Source: an uncultured Mycoplasmatota bacterium (GTDB taxonomy: Bacteria > Bacillota_I > Bacilli_A > RF39 > UBA660). Taken from it: a stretch of DNA of 32,000 nucleotides. The notes under the pieces were generated by a model that was not told the origin of the DNA, ran no database searches, and saw nothing but the letters and a program-made list of their open reading frames with translations. The translations under genes were made by a program, and so were the position numbers. The DNA is taken from the NCBI GenBank assembly GCA_900547225.1, contig URFW01000002.1:140392-172391 (forward strand), given 5' to 3'. Shown piece by piece: positions 8,389-17,710 of this stretch (positions are counted from its first letter, which is position 1; every line of letters begins with the position of its first letter).

Positions 8389-9663
8389 ATGGAAAATAAA
8401 AAATTTATAAAACTGATATTAAATGATGAATATATTAATTGGATTAATATTTTTATTGAACAATATGGGGAATTTGACGATTGCTATTTTCTGCACAACG
8501 GTAGAGAATTTTTAAGCGAAAAAGACCTTATTTTTATTGGTTATATATCAACTTTGTTTGATCAAATTAATAAATATGGATTTAAAAATGGGATTACATT
8601 TAAAAATACATTTTGTTATTTGCTAAAATACAATGAAAAATTTTATGAAATTTTTGATAACGGAGATTGTTACTGTTGTAAAATTGGTGAAAAAGATGAT
8701 AATGTGCCAGTAATAGACTATAATCAATTCAAAAAATATTATCAAAAAAATATGCAAGTTAATTTTGATATTTTAAAAGAAAGAGTTATTGATTCATTAG
8801 AATCTACTGATTTGAAATTTATTAGAAAAGAATTATCTAAATTAAGTGGTCCAACATTATTTAGTGGTGTTGGAGGCTCAAGTGTGGTTAGTGAATTTGG
8901 AGCAAAGGTTATTAATGCTAAAAACGGTATAGTTTCAATAAATAGTGAGCCAAGAGACTTCTTATATCAAAATAATAAAGCATTTAAAAATGTTATATCA
9001 TGTAGTTACAGCGGAAATAATTACGGAGTTGAATTATCTTTTGAAAATCAGTTAAAAAAATATCTATTATCCAACAACTCTTTTAATGATAGTGATGTAA
9101 CTTATTTAAAATATAATACTAATATTCCAAAAGAAAATAGTTTTATTTCTGTTGGTGCTACATTAATTCCGGTAAGCATATTGATGGACTATTATTTAAA
9201 TGGACAAAAAAATTTGATATTAGATTGTATAGAAGAATCATCATTTGAATTTGATTTAGAAAGTGATATATACGAAATATTTAGTGGTTACGATACAAGT
9301 GTGGCATCAAAATATTTAGAATCAACTATGGTTGAATCCGGAATTGGAATACCAATAGTTCATGATAAATATTCTTATTGTCACGGTAGGAGTACACTTG
9401 CTATTAATTATAATAATGTAGCTATTTATTATAATAGAAATACTGAATTTGACAGAATCATGCTAGAAGAATTGAAAAAATATTATAGTAGAATTATCAC
9501 TATTGATTCCAAATTTGAAGACCAAATATTAGATGATTATCAAATGCTTGTGCAAAGTATGTATCTAACAAAGTATATTTCTTATAAAAAAGAAAAAGAT
9601 TTATCCAAAGTAGAATATTCACCAATAACAAAAAAATTGTATAAATATAATGGTCAAATTTAA
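8389..9663 (+). CDS. hypothetical protein: unknown Cys-containing N-terminal domain plus a SIS-like (sugar-isomerase-fold) ligand-binding region
   Basis: 424 aa. LFSGVGGSSVVSEFGAKV..., VISCSYSGNNYGVE and SFISVGATLIPVSIL match the G-x-G-x-S / S-x-SG-x-T / helical layout of SIS domains. A second degenerate half (IFSGYDTSVASKYLE...YCHGRS) follows. The N-terminal ~140 aa is unrecognised. Confidence 0.6.
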   Translation: MENKKFIKLILNDEYINWINIFIEQYGEFDDCYFLHNGREFLSEKDLIFIGYISTLFDQINKYGFKNGITFKNTFCYLLKYNEKFYEIFDNGDCYCCKIGEKDDNVPVIDYNQFKKYYQKNMQVNFDILKERVIDSLESTDLKFIRKELSKLSGPTLFSGVGGSSVVSEFGAKVINAKNGIVSINSEPRDFLYQNNKAFKNVISCSYSGNNYGVELSFENQLKKYLLSNNSFNDSDVTYLKYNTNIPKENSFISVGATLIPVSILMDYYLNGQKNLILDCIEESSFEFDLESDIYEIFSGYDTSVASKYLESTMVESGIGIPIVHDKYSYCHGRSTLAINYNNVAIYYNRNTEFDRIMLEELKKYYSRIITIDSKFEDQILDDYQMLVQSMYLTKYISYKKEKDLSKVEYSPITKKLYKYNGQI

Positions 9664-9868
9664 TTATGATAATTTTTCTTAAAAAAATATAATTTCATAT
9701 TCTAGATATTTTAAAAGAAATTTTCGTTGGTTATAATTTATTTATATTTTTTATGTATTAAAGGTTTAAAAATTTTAATAGAATTTAAAATGTTAAAAAA
9801 TATTATGTTTTTTTTGTAATGGATTTAAATAAGAAAAAAAATGTGTTATAATTACAATAGGTGATTAT

Positions 9869-10985
9869 ATGGAGATTACAAATAAAGATATAGAAATATT
9901 AAATAGAAAGTTTAATCAAATATGGAGGTCTCTTTGAGGTAGAAGAAAAACAAAAAGAGATAAAAAAACTAAATGAAAAATTATCAGAACCAAATATTTG
10001 GGATGATAGTAAGAATGCAGAAAAACTAACTAAAAAAATGAGTGAATTAAATGAGATTATTAATCCTATTATTAAGTTGAAAGAAAATATAGATACTTTA
10101 AATCAGTTTAAAGAGTTTGATGAAAATACCTTAGATTCTGCTTTAAAAAAAGAATTTGAAAAATTATATGAAAATTCTACTATAGAGTTAGAAAAGCAAG
10201 AAACTCTTACATATTTATCTGGAAAATTTGATAATAATGCCGCCATTTTTGAAATACACGCCGGGGCAGGTGGTACGGAAAGTTGTGATTGGGCAATGAT
10301 GCTTTCTAGAATGTACACAAAATATTTTGATAAAAAAAATTATTCATATGAAGTAATAGATGAGCAAGAAGGCGAAGAGGCCGGAATAAAAAGTATTGTG
10401 TACATTGTAAAAGGAGCATATGCTTACGGGTATTTAAAAAACGAAAAAGGGGTTCATAGGCTAGTTAGATTATCTCCGTTCGACTCAAATAACAGGCGTC
10501 ATACTTCTTTTGCAGCAGTTGATGTTATACCAGAATTTGACGACGATATAGATATAGAAATAAAAGATTCCGACGTTAGAATAGACGTATATAGAAGTAG
10601 TGGGGCCGGGGGACAAGGAGTAAATACAACTGATTCTGCTGTTAGGGTAACTCATATACCAACTGGAATAGTAGTTACTTGTCAAAACGAACGAAGTCAG
10701 ATAAAAAATAAAGAAACAGCACTTAAAGTTTTAAAAAGTAAGCTTTATCAAATAGAACTAAAAATGAGAAAAGAAAAAATAGATTCTATGAAAAGTGACC
10801 ATAGTGGAATAGAATTTGGATCACAAATAAGAAGTTATGTACTTCATCCATACTCAATGATAAAAGACCATAGAACAGGTTATGAAACATCTAATGTTAA
10901 TAAAGTTTTAGATGGTAATTTAGACGGATTTATAGAAAGTAATTTAAAAGGAGAAAAAATAAATGAGACTAATAAGAAAAATTAG
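9869..10985 (+). CDS. prfB: peptide chain release factor 2, requiring a programmed +1 frameshift at codon 23
   Basis: Frame 0 reads MEITNKDIEILNRKFNQIWRSL, then TGA (9935-9937). The +1 frame continues EVEEKQKEIKKL... into the 315-aa track ORF, which has SPF (RLSPFDS) and GGQ (GAGGQGVNTTDSAVR) motifs. Confidence 0.95.
9924..9937 (+). promoter_or_regulatory. RF2 autoregulatory +1 frameshift site
   Basis: Internal SD-like GGAGG (9924-9928), 3 nt, then CTT TGA (9932-9937). This is the canonical SD-CUU-UGA arrangement. Confidence 0.9.
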
Positions 10986-11868
10986 AAGTAAAAAAGATTC
11001 TAAAGTATTAGCGATGATAGAAAAGGCAAACCTCTTTAAAAGATATGTATTTCTAATTATTGGTACCGCAATTTATGCAGCAGCATATAATTTATTCTTC
11101 TTTAAGAATAACATAGTATTTGGTGGTGCAAGTGGTATATCAATAATTACCCAAAAGATAATAGATCCTTATGTTATGATACTTATCTTAAACGTCTTTT
11201 TCCTAATTTTAAGTTTGTTATTATTAGGAAAAAGAAAAACTCTAGATTCAGTTGTAGGTTCAGTCTTATTTCCACTATTTGTTAAATTTACGGCAAATAT
11301 AGGAGATTATATTCATATTTCAAACGATAATTTACTTTTAATATCAATAGTAGGCGGTGTGTGTGTAGGTACTGCATCTGGTATTATATTTAAAAGTGGA
11401 TTTACAATTGGTGGAACTGATATATTAAATCAAATAGTAGCAAGATATTTTAAAGTTTCAATTGGAACTTCTATGCTAATGACTGATGGACTTATTGTTT
11501 TAGCAGGTGGCTTCTTCTTCGGATGGACAAGAGTGCTTTATGCATTAATAGTATTATATTTAATTAATATTATGGTTGATAAAGTAGTAATTGGAATATC
11601 TAATAATAAAGCTGTTTATATTACAACAAATGAAGATGACTTAGTCTGTGATTATTTATTAAACGAATTAAATTTAGGTATAACGTTAATTGAAACAAGA
11701 GGTGGTTATACAAATAAAAAAGATCAATTAATAATGTGTGTTGTTCCAACTGGTGATTACTTTGAGTTAAAAAGTGGAGTAACACAAATTGATCCAAAAG
11801 CAGTAATATTAGTAACAGATGCATATCAAACATCTGGTATATACACGGGTAATACAAGTATTATCTAA
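10963..11868 (+). CDS. YitT-family membrane protein (YvjA-like; DUF2179 C-terminal domain)
   Basis: 301 aa, multi-TM, with GGASGISII and GGTDIL motifs. The C-terminal soluble domain is ITLIETRGGYTNKKDQLIMCVV. AAAGGAGA RBS. Overlaps the prfB end by 23 nt. Its position matches B. subtilis yvjA. Confidence 0.8.
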   Translation: MRLIRKIRSKKDSKVLAMIEKANLFKRYVFLIIGTAIYAAAYNLFFFKNNIVFGGASGISIITQKIIDPYVMILILNVFFLILSLLLLGKRKTLDSVVGSVLFPLFVKFTANIGDYIHISNDNLLLISIVGGVCVGTASGIIFKSGFTIGGTDILNQIVARYFKVSIGTSMLMTDGLIVLAGGFFFGWTRVLYALIVLYLINIMVDKVVIGISNNKAVYITTNEDDLVCDYLLNELNLGITLIETRGGYTNKKDQLIMCVVPTGDYFELKSGVTQIDPKAVILVTDAYQTSGIYTGNTSII

Positions 11869-11899
11869 TAAAAAAAGAATTAAAGGAAGGTGCAGTAAT

Positions 11900-12598
11900 A
11901 TGGAATTTATTAAATTTAGAAATGTTGAAAAAACATACAAAAATGGTGTAAACGCTGTGTATGATATGAACCTTGATATAAAAAAAGGTGAGTTCGTATT
12001 TGTAATAGGGGCATCAGGTTCAGGTAAATCTACCCTTATAAAAATGTTATATCGTGAAGAAAGACCAACTAATGGAGAAATTTATGTTGGTGGTATAAAC
12101 GTTGCAAAAGTAAAAAATAATAAGGTTTATAAATTAAGAAGAAAAATTGGAATAGTGTTTCAAGATTATAAATTATTGCCAAAACTAACCGTATATGAAA
12201 ACGTAGCTTTTGCACTTGAAATATATGGTCTTCCAACTAATGAGGTAAAAAGAAAAGTATTAAAGGCTCTTGATTTAGTTGGTTTAAAATCAAAAACCAA
12301 GAGTTATCCAAACCAATTGTCAGGAGGAGAACAACAACGTGTTGCAATAGCGCGTGCAATAGTTAACTCTCCAAAACTTTTGATTTGTGATGAACCAACA
12401 GGTAACCTAGATCCAGATACAAGTTTAGAAGTTATGAAAGTAATTGAGAAAATTAACGATTTAGGTACTACCGTTGTAATGGCTACTCATGATAGAGAAA
12501 TGGTTAATAAGATGAAGAAAAGAGTCGTTTTATTAGACAATGGAAAACTTGTAAAAGATTATGAGAAAGGAAGTTATACTCATTATGAAAGCAATTAG
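11900..12598 (+). CDS. ftsE: cell-division ABC transporter ATP-binding protein FtsE
   Basis: [13 protein letters not shown]..., Walker [10 protein letters not shown], signature [14 protein letters not shown], Walker [24 protein letters not shown] before ATG 11900. The track ORF start at 11819 is an unsupported extension. Confidence 0.93.
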   Translation: MEFIKFRNVEKTYKNGVNAVYDMNLDIKKGEFVFVIGASGSGKSTLIKMLYREERPTNGEIYVGGINVAKVKNNKVYKLRRKIGIVFQDYKLLPKLTVYENVAFALEIYGLPTNEVKRKVLKALDLVGLKSKTKSYPNQLSGGEQQRVAIARAIVNSPKLLICDEPTGNLDPDTSLEVMKVIEKINDLGTTVVMATHDREMVNKMKKRVVLLDNGKLVKDYEKGSYTHYESN

Positions 12599-13484
12599 AA
12601 TACTTGGAAGAAACATAAGGGATGGATTTAAAAGCGTAGGAAGAAACTTGAGCTTATCAATTGCATCTATCTCGTGTATTACAATTACATTACTAATAGT
12701 AGGAATAGCGCTAATAGCATCATACAACGTAGAAAATATGACTAAATTAGTTAAAGAAGACTTTACGATAGTAACATTTATCGATACAAGTGCAACAAAT
12801 GAACAAATAGAAGATTTAAAGAAAAACATAGAATCATATAAAAACGTGGAATCTGTTGAACATCAAACTAAAACACAAATAGCAGATGAAATGAAAGATA
12901 CTTCTGAATCGCTTTCTGCAATTATAGATAGTTGGTCAGATAATACTAATCCTTTATATGATACGTTACTAGTTAAAGTTAAAGATACTGAAAAAATATC
13001 AAAAACCGCAGAGCAAGTAAAAGAATTAGGATTAGTTAAAGATGTAAGATATGGACAAGGAATGGTAGAAAACCTTCTTAAAGTATTTAAAGTTTTAGAA
13101 AAAGCAATGATAATTGCAATGATAGCATTAGTTTTTGTAACCTTATTCTTAATTACTAACACAATTAAAATAACTATCTTCTCAAGAAAAAGAGAAATAG
13201 AAATAATGAGACTTGTTGGAGCATCTAACTTCTCAATTAAGCAACCATTTGTAATTGAAGGATTTTGTCTAGGATTTATAGGAGCATTAATACCTATTGC
13301 AGCAACTTTATATGGGTACTCAGCACTATATAAACATTTTAATGGACAATTATTCTCACCATTTGTTAAATTAGTTCCAGCAGAACCATTTATATACTGG
13401 GTATCATTAATATTGTTAGGATTAGGTGTTGTTGTTGGTATGTTTGGTAGTTATAGAGCAGTAAGGAAGTACTTAAAGATATAA
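12585..13484 (+). CDS. ftsX: cell-division permease-like protein FtsX
   Basis: [21 protein letters not shown]..., a large extracytoplasmic loop, and a C-terminal FtsX domain (RKREIEIMRLVGASNFSIKQPFVIEG). Overlaps the ftsE end. Confidence 0.9.
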   Translation: MKAIRILGRNIRDGFKSVGRNLSLSIASISCITITLLIVGIALIASYNVENMTKLVKEDFTIVTFIDTSATNEQIEDLKKNIESYKNVESVEHQTKTQIADEMKDTSESLSAIIDSWSDNTNPLYDTLLVKVKDTEKISKTAEQVKELGLVKDVRYGQGMVENLLKVFKVLEKAMIIAMIALVFVTLFLITNTIKITIFSRKREIEIMRLVGASNFSIKQPFVIEGFCLGFIGALIPIAATLYGYSALYKHFNGQLFSPFVKLVPAEPFIYWVSLILLGLGVVVGMFGSYRAVRKYLKI

Positions 13485-14707
13485 TGAAGAAAATATTAAG
13501 ATATAGTTTATTACTATTTATATTACTTTTAATACCAATTACAACAGTAAATGCAAAGGAAAAAACACTAGGGCAGTGGAAAACTGAACTAAATAAAATT
13601 CAAAAACAATTAGAAGATACAAATAATAAGAAAGCTCAAAACCAAAAAGACATAGATAATACCAATAGTAGAATTAATTCAATTTATTCTCAAATGGAAA
13701 AAATTAATAGCGATATAGATAAGAAAACTAAAGAAAGTGAGCAACTAGAAAAAGACATAGATAAAAAGAATAACGAAACAAAAGATTTGATGCGTTATTA
13801 TCAGGTTTCATCTTCTGGTTCATCAATGCTTGAATACATAATGGGTGCAGAAAGTTTGACGGATTTAATTTATCGTTTATCTATTACTGAACAAATTTCT
13901 AACTATAATAAAAAAGTAGTAGAAGAAATGAATAGTATGATTAAGGAAAATGATAAAATAAAAACCGAGTTAGCTAGTAAAAAAGATGAACTTGCTTCGC
14001 TACAATCTGAACTTAATACACAAGTAGCTAAGTTAAACGAGACTAAAGCAAGTTTAAATGATGAGGGACATTCTCAGGAAGAGTCTATCAAAGAGATGAA
14101 AAACACCATTAAATATCTTGAGGGATTAGGTTGTAAGGATAGCGAAACTCAAACATCTTGTTTAAATAGGAAATATTCTCATAAAAATAATGGTTCATCA
14201 GGAGGAAGTGGCGGCAGTTATTTGCCTTCTGGAACAACTTTTTATAGACCAACGTCTTCTGGAAGAATATCAAGTGAATATGGTTGGAGAACGTTATATG
14301 GAAAGCCTAATTTACATGCTGCAATTGATATTTCAACGCCTATTGGAACAACCGTTTATGCAGTAGCACCAGGCTATGTTGCAAAAACAATAAGAAGTAA
14401 TAGCGGCGGCGGCAACCAAATAATAATTCACCATTTAATAAATGGCAGATATTATACATCTTATTATTGTCACTTATCAGCGTTTAATGTATCGGTTGGA
14501 CAAATAGTTACTAAAGATACTGTAATAGGAAAATCAGGAAATACCGGTAATTCAACAGGACCGCACTTACATTTAGGATTAGCAAATGGTAGGTGGTATG
14601 CTGACTATTATTCATATTATGGAAACAATGGTTTTATAGGACACTCATTTAATCCAAGAAATGCTATAGTATTCCCATCAAAAGGACAGAGCTATTACAA
14701 TAGATAA
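13484..14707 (+). CDS. secreted coiled-coil M23 (LytM-type) peptidoglycan endopeptidase, a likely FtsEX partner (EnvC/PcsB-like organisation)
   Basis: Signal peptide, ~200 aa of coiled coil, a Gly/Ser linker, then an M23 domain (HAAIDISTPIGTTVYAVAPGYV ... GNTGNSTGPHLHLGL). The start overlaps the ftsX stop (TAATG). Confidence 0.88.
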   Translation: MKKILRYSLLLFILLLIPITTVNAKEKTLGQWKTELNKIQKQLEDTNNKKAQNQKDIDNTNSRINSIYSQMEKINSDIDKKTKESEQLEKDIDKKNNETKDLMRYYQVSSSGSSMLEYIMGAESLTDLIYRLSITEQISNYNKKVVEEMNSMIKENDKIKTELASKKDELASLQSELNTQVAKLNETKASLNDEGHSQEESIKEMKNTIKYLEGLGCKDSETQTSCLNRKYSHKNNGSSGGSGGSYLPSGTTFYRPTSSGRISSEYGWRTLYGKPNLHAAIDISTPIGTTVYAVAPGYVAKTIRSNSGGGNQIIIHHLINGRYYTSYYCHLSAFNVSVGQIVTKDTVIGKSGNTGNSTGPHLHLGLANGRWYADYYSYYGNNGFIGHSFNPRNAIVFPSKGQSYYNR

Positions 14708-14716
14708 AAAAGTCTA

Positions 14717-14748
14717 AAAAAGTCAAGTTTTTAAACTTGACTTTTTTA
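14717..14748 (+). terminator. rho-independent terminator ending the ftsEX-M23 operon
   Basis: AAGTCAAGTTT (14720-14730) pairs with AAACTTGACTT (14733-14743), followed by TTTT. Confidence 0.8.
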
Positions 14749-14769
14749 ATGTTTACGTCAAGAAAAATA

Positions 14770-14798
14770 TTGATTTTTGTCGAATTTTTCGGTATATT
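14770..14798 (+). promoter_or_regulatory. candidate sigma-A promoter of the secretion/assembly operon
   Basis: TTGATT (14770-14775), 17 nt, TATATT (14793-14798). This leaves a ~90-nt leader before the first gene. Confidence 0.4.
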
Positions 14799-14892
14799 TT
14801 TATAGTAGGATAGCCGGGTCTAAGTAGTTTAGTGGTTATCTAAAAGAAGCATTAAATGTCTTCAATATTTCATACAAAAGGAGGTGAATAAC

Positions 14893-15423
14893 GTGAATCA
14901 AAAGAAAAAGAAAGGATTAATAGCTTTAGTAATACTACTTGTAGTAGCTATTGGTGTTGGTTTTGCAGCATCACAAGACGCAGTAAATATTACTGGTACT
15001 GCAAGCGCTGTTGCAACAGATTTTGATATTCAGTTTAAAACAGATGCTACTATAACAACCGAAAAGAGCGCTGGTGCTACAATAGTTGCTTCAGGTGCTT
15101 ATGGTACTGATGGAAATGCTGATGCTACAATGACTGTTTCTGGATTAAAGAACGCTAATGATTATGCAGAAGCAACTTATACTATCATAAACAAAAGTAC
15201 TGATGTAAACGCTGACATTACAGCAAAAGTATCATCTGCTATTGAAGATGCAGATCATTATAATGTTGAAGTAACAGGTGGTGCAAATGGTGTTGCTCCA
15301 GGTGCAACAACTACTGTAACAGTTAAAGTTACACTAAAAAAAGCTTTTGCTGATGATACAGCTGCACAGGCACCAAAATCATTCAAAATTACAGCAACTG
15401 GTGTAGCAGCTGAAGAAAAATAA
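14893..15423 (+). CDS. small secreted Ala/Thr/Gly/Val-rich protein (candidate fibre or surface-layer subunit) with a cluster-specific leader motif
   Basis: The track ORF starts at GTG 14884. GTG 14893 lies 8 nt after AGGAGG. It has a Lys-rich n-region, a hydrophobic h-region, then GFAASQDAVNITGTASAVA. The mature part has low complexity and looks beta-rich. It sits next to a SipW-type peptidase gene. Confidence 0.75.
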   Translation: MNQKKKKGLIALVILLVVAIGVGFAASQDAVNITGTASAVATDFDIQFKTDATITTEKSAGATIVASGAYGTDGNADATMTVSGLKNANDYAEATYTIINKSTDVNADITAKVSSAIEDADHYNVEVTGGANGVAPGATTTVTVKVTLKKAFADDTAAQAPKSFKITATGVAAEEK

Positions 15424-15458
15424 TATTTGGCAGAAATTAGTTAAGGAGGAGGTATATT

Positions 15459-16584
15459 ATGGCTAAAAGAAGAGATTCGGCTTATATATACTTTGCATTT
15501 GTAATAGTATTTCTTCTCCTTAATCTTCTTGTGCTAAATATTAGTGCAAAATTACAATTGTTACCCATATTTATAATTATATTTTTGTTAAGTTTTATCT
15601 TCTTTAAATTTAGAAAAGACAAAACTTATGCAAGAATTCAGGTAACTATTACAATGTTACTTATAGGAATTGTGCAAATAGTTTTATATCTTTTAACCGG
15701 CTTTTTAGAGGGCTTTTCTAAGAATGCTATTAGTATGAGTTTTAACCGTTTTTTAACCGTTATTTTACCTATTATATTAATATTAGTAGTTATTGAATTG
15801 TTAAGATATATGATATCAGTAAAATTCGAAAAAAACAATTTAATAAGAATACTTAGTATTACTATGTTTGTACTATTTGATGTGACTTTATTTGGCTCAA
15901 ACGTGAATTTTAATAGTTTGGATTCTGTATTAGAATTTTTAGGAATAACGTTTTTTCCTAGTCTGGTAAGTAATATTGTGTTTGATGATATGGTAGTTAA
16001 ATATGGATATAAACCAATACTTGTTTATAGATTATTAACAACGTTATGTTATTACATGTTGCCTATCGTTCCTAATATGTATATTTTATTTAGGGCAATT
16101 GCAAGAATTGTGATTCCGCTTATTTTTTACTTCATATTATCTTATATGTATGATAGGGTAACGTTTCAAGAAGCATTAAAGGTAAAGCCTAAAATAAGTA
16201 TTTCATCAATAATTATACTTATATTAGTAATTATTATGGCAGGTTTAATATCTTGCGAATTTAGATATGGTATTTTAACAATTGGAAGTGGTTCTATGAC
16301 TGGAACTTTAAACAAAGGAGATATTGCTTTTTTTCGAAAAATTTAATGGTCAGGAGTTAGAAATAGGTGACATTATTATATTTAAACGAGGCAAAAGAAA
16401 TATAGTCCATAGAATCACACAAGTTGGCTTATTCAATGATGAATACGTTTATATAACAAAAGGAGATAAAAATAAAGTAGAAGATAATGGGTATGTTTAT
16501 CAAAAGGATATTCAAGGGATAGTTCACTATAGGATAAAATATATCGGATACCCATCTATATGGATAAGAAATTTATTTAATTAA
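15459..16584 (+). pseudogene. polytopic membrane domain fused to an ER/archaeal-type (SipW-like) signal peptidase I, split by a frameshift at a T7 tract
   Basis: ORF 15459-16346 has ~9 TM helices and ends ...GSGSMTGTLNKGDIAFF (catalytic Ser box). ORF 16324-16584 continues FFEKFNGQELEIGDIIIFKRGKRNIVHRIT...ITKGDKNKVEDNG (His box and KGDxN box). The frames meet at T7 (16328-16334), and deleting one T fuses them. AAGGAGGAGG RBS at the 5' end. Confidence 0.8.
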
Positions 16585-16615
16585 TGTAATTAAAATTTAA
16601 AAAGGAGGTAAAGTT

Positions 16616-17710
16616 ATGGACAGAAAACAAATAAGCAAAGTTATGCAAGAAACAAAAAAAAGAACAAGAACTATTGCTATTTTGATATTTGTTGTAATAG
16701 CTGTTTTACTTGCAGCTATAAGCATAATTTTTATCTCTATAAATAGTGAGAAGAATTACTACATTCATTATGATGAAAAAAGTGATTTAGATTATAAGGT
16801 ATATTTAAAAGAAAATGATTATTTTGGAAGATATCTAGGTAAAAACAATCAATATATTGCAAGCCTAATTGATTATGTGGAGGCAGATTTTAATTACAAA
16901 TTATCAATCGATGAGAAAATTGATTATTCATATTATTATTACGTAGAAGCAACTGTTCAGGTTTTAGATACTAATGATAAACCATTATATAAAAAGGTTG
17001 ATAAAGTAGTTGAAAAACAATATTTCAAGGATCCTGTTAATCATGCTTTTGAAATAGATCAAACTGTTAATTTGGATTATAATTACTATAACAATATAGT
17101 AAATACGTTTATTAAGAGATATAACTTATCAAATGTTAAAAGTAATGTCACTTTAAGTATGTATGTTGGAATTGAAGGGGAATGTAAAGAATTTGATTCT
17201 TCTTTAGCAGACAACGCAGTTATTAGTATGAACGTCCCATTAACAACAAACACTGTTAATATTGACATGAATTATAAATTAAATAATTCTACAAACAAGT
17301 TATTAAAATGTAGAGAAGAATCAGTATTAAATAATAAATTACTTATTTTAGGCATAGTTTTATTATTCATTGATTTAGGTGTTTTGGTAGGAACTATTAG
17401 ATATTCAAAAAGAACTAGAAGCACTTTAACTATATATAATAAAAAACTAAAAAATATTTTTAATAATTATGGTCAATATATATCTAAGATTAAAACGGAG
17501 TTAAAATATGAAAAATTCCAAATTGTATTAGTTGAAGAGTTTGAGGATTTATTTGAGGTAAGAAATTCAAGTAATTCACCTATATTATTTTGCCAGGATG
17601 AAACAAAAACAAGAAGTGCCTTTGTTGTTCCAACAAATTCTGGACTAGTGTACATCTATTATTATTCAATTAGTAATGTAATTGAGCAAGGATGCAAACA
17701 TGAAAGTTAA
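16616..17710 (+). CDS. bitopic membrane protein (TM, ~210-aa extracytoplasmic domain, TM, ~100-aa cytoplasmic tail); possibly DUF5305-like
   Basis: 364 aa. TM1 is IAILIFVVIAVLLAAISIIFISI and TM2 is LLILGIVLLFIDLGVLVGTI. AAAGGAGG RBS. From memory and unverified, proteins of this layout (DUF5305) accompany SipW-type peptidases. Confidence 0.6.
   Translation: MDRKQISKVMQETKKRTRTIAILIFVVIAVLLAAISIIFISINSEKNYYIHYDEKSDLDYKVYLKENDYFGRYLGKNNQYIASLIDYVEADFNYKLSIDEKIDYSYYYYVEATVQVLDTNDKPLYKKVDKVVEKQYFKDPVNHAFEIDQTVNLDYNYYNNIVNTFIKRYNLSNVKSNVTLSMYVGIEGECKEFDSSLADNAVISMNVPLTTNTVNIDMNYKLNNSTNKLLKCREESVLNNKLLILGIVLLFIDLGVLVGTIRYSKRTRSTLTIYNKKLKNIFNNYGQYISKIKTELKYEKFQIVLVEEFEDLFEVRNSSNSPILFCQDETKTRSAFVVPTNSGLVYIYYYSISNVIEQGCKHES

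Noticed and set aside
11819-11899. N-terminal extensions suggested by the ORF track: ftsE from 11819, ftsX from 12561, whiA from 29519, ArpU-like from 26798, Hint protein from 17682, WYL regulator from 7717
   Set aside because: In each case an internal ATG or GTG with a properly spaced SD gives the family-typical N-terminus. The extensions overlap upstream genes, promoters or RBS sequences.
16324-16584. Independent 86-aa gene starting at TTG 16324
   Set aside because: It has no RBS. It contains only the His and KGDxN boxes of a signal peptidase, while the Ser box ends the preceding ORF. The two frames join at a T7 tract, so it is the 3' half of one gene.
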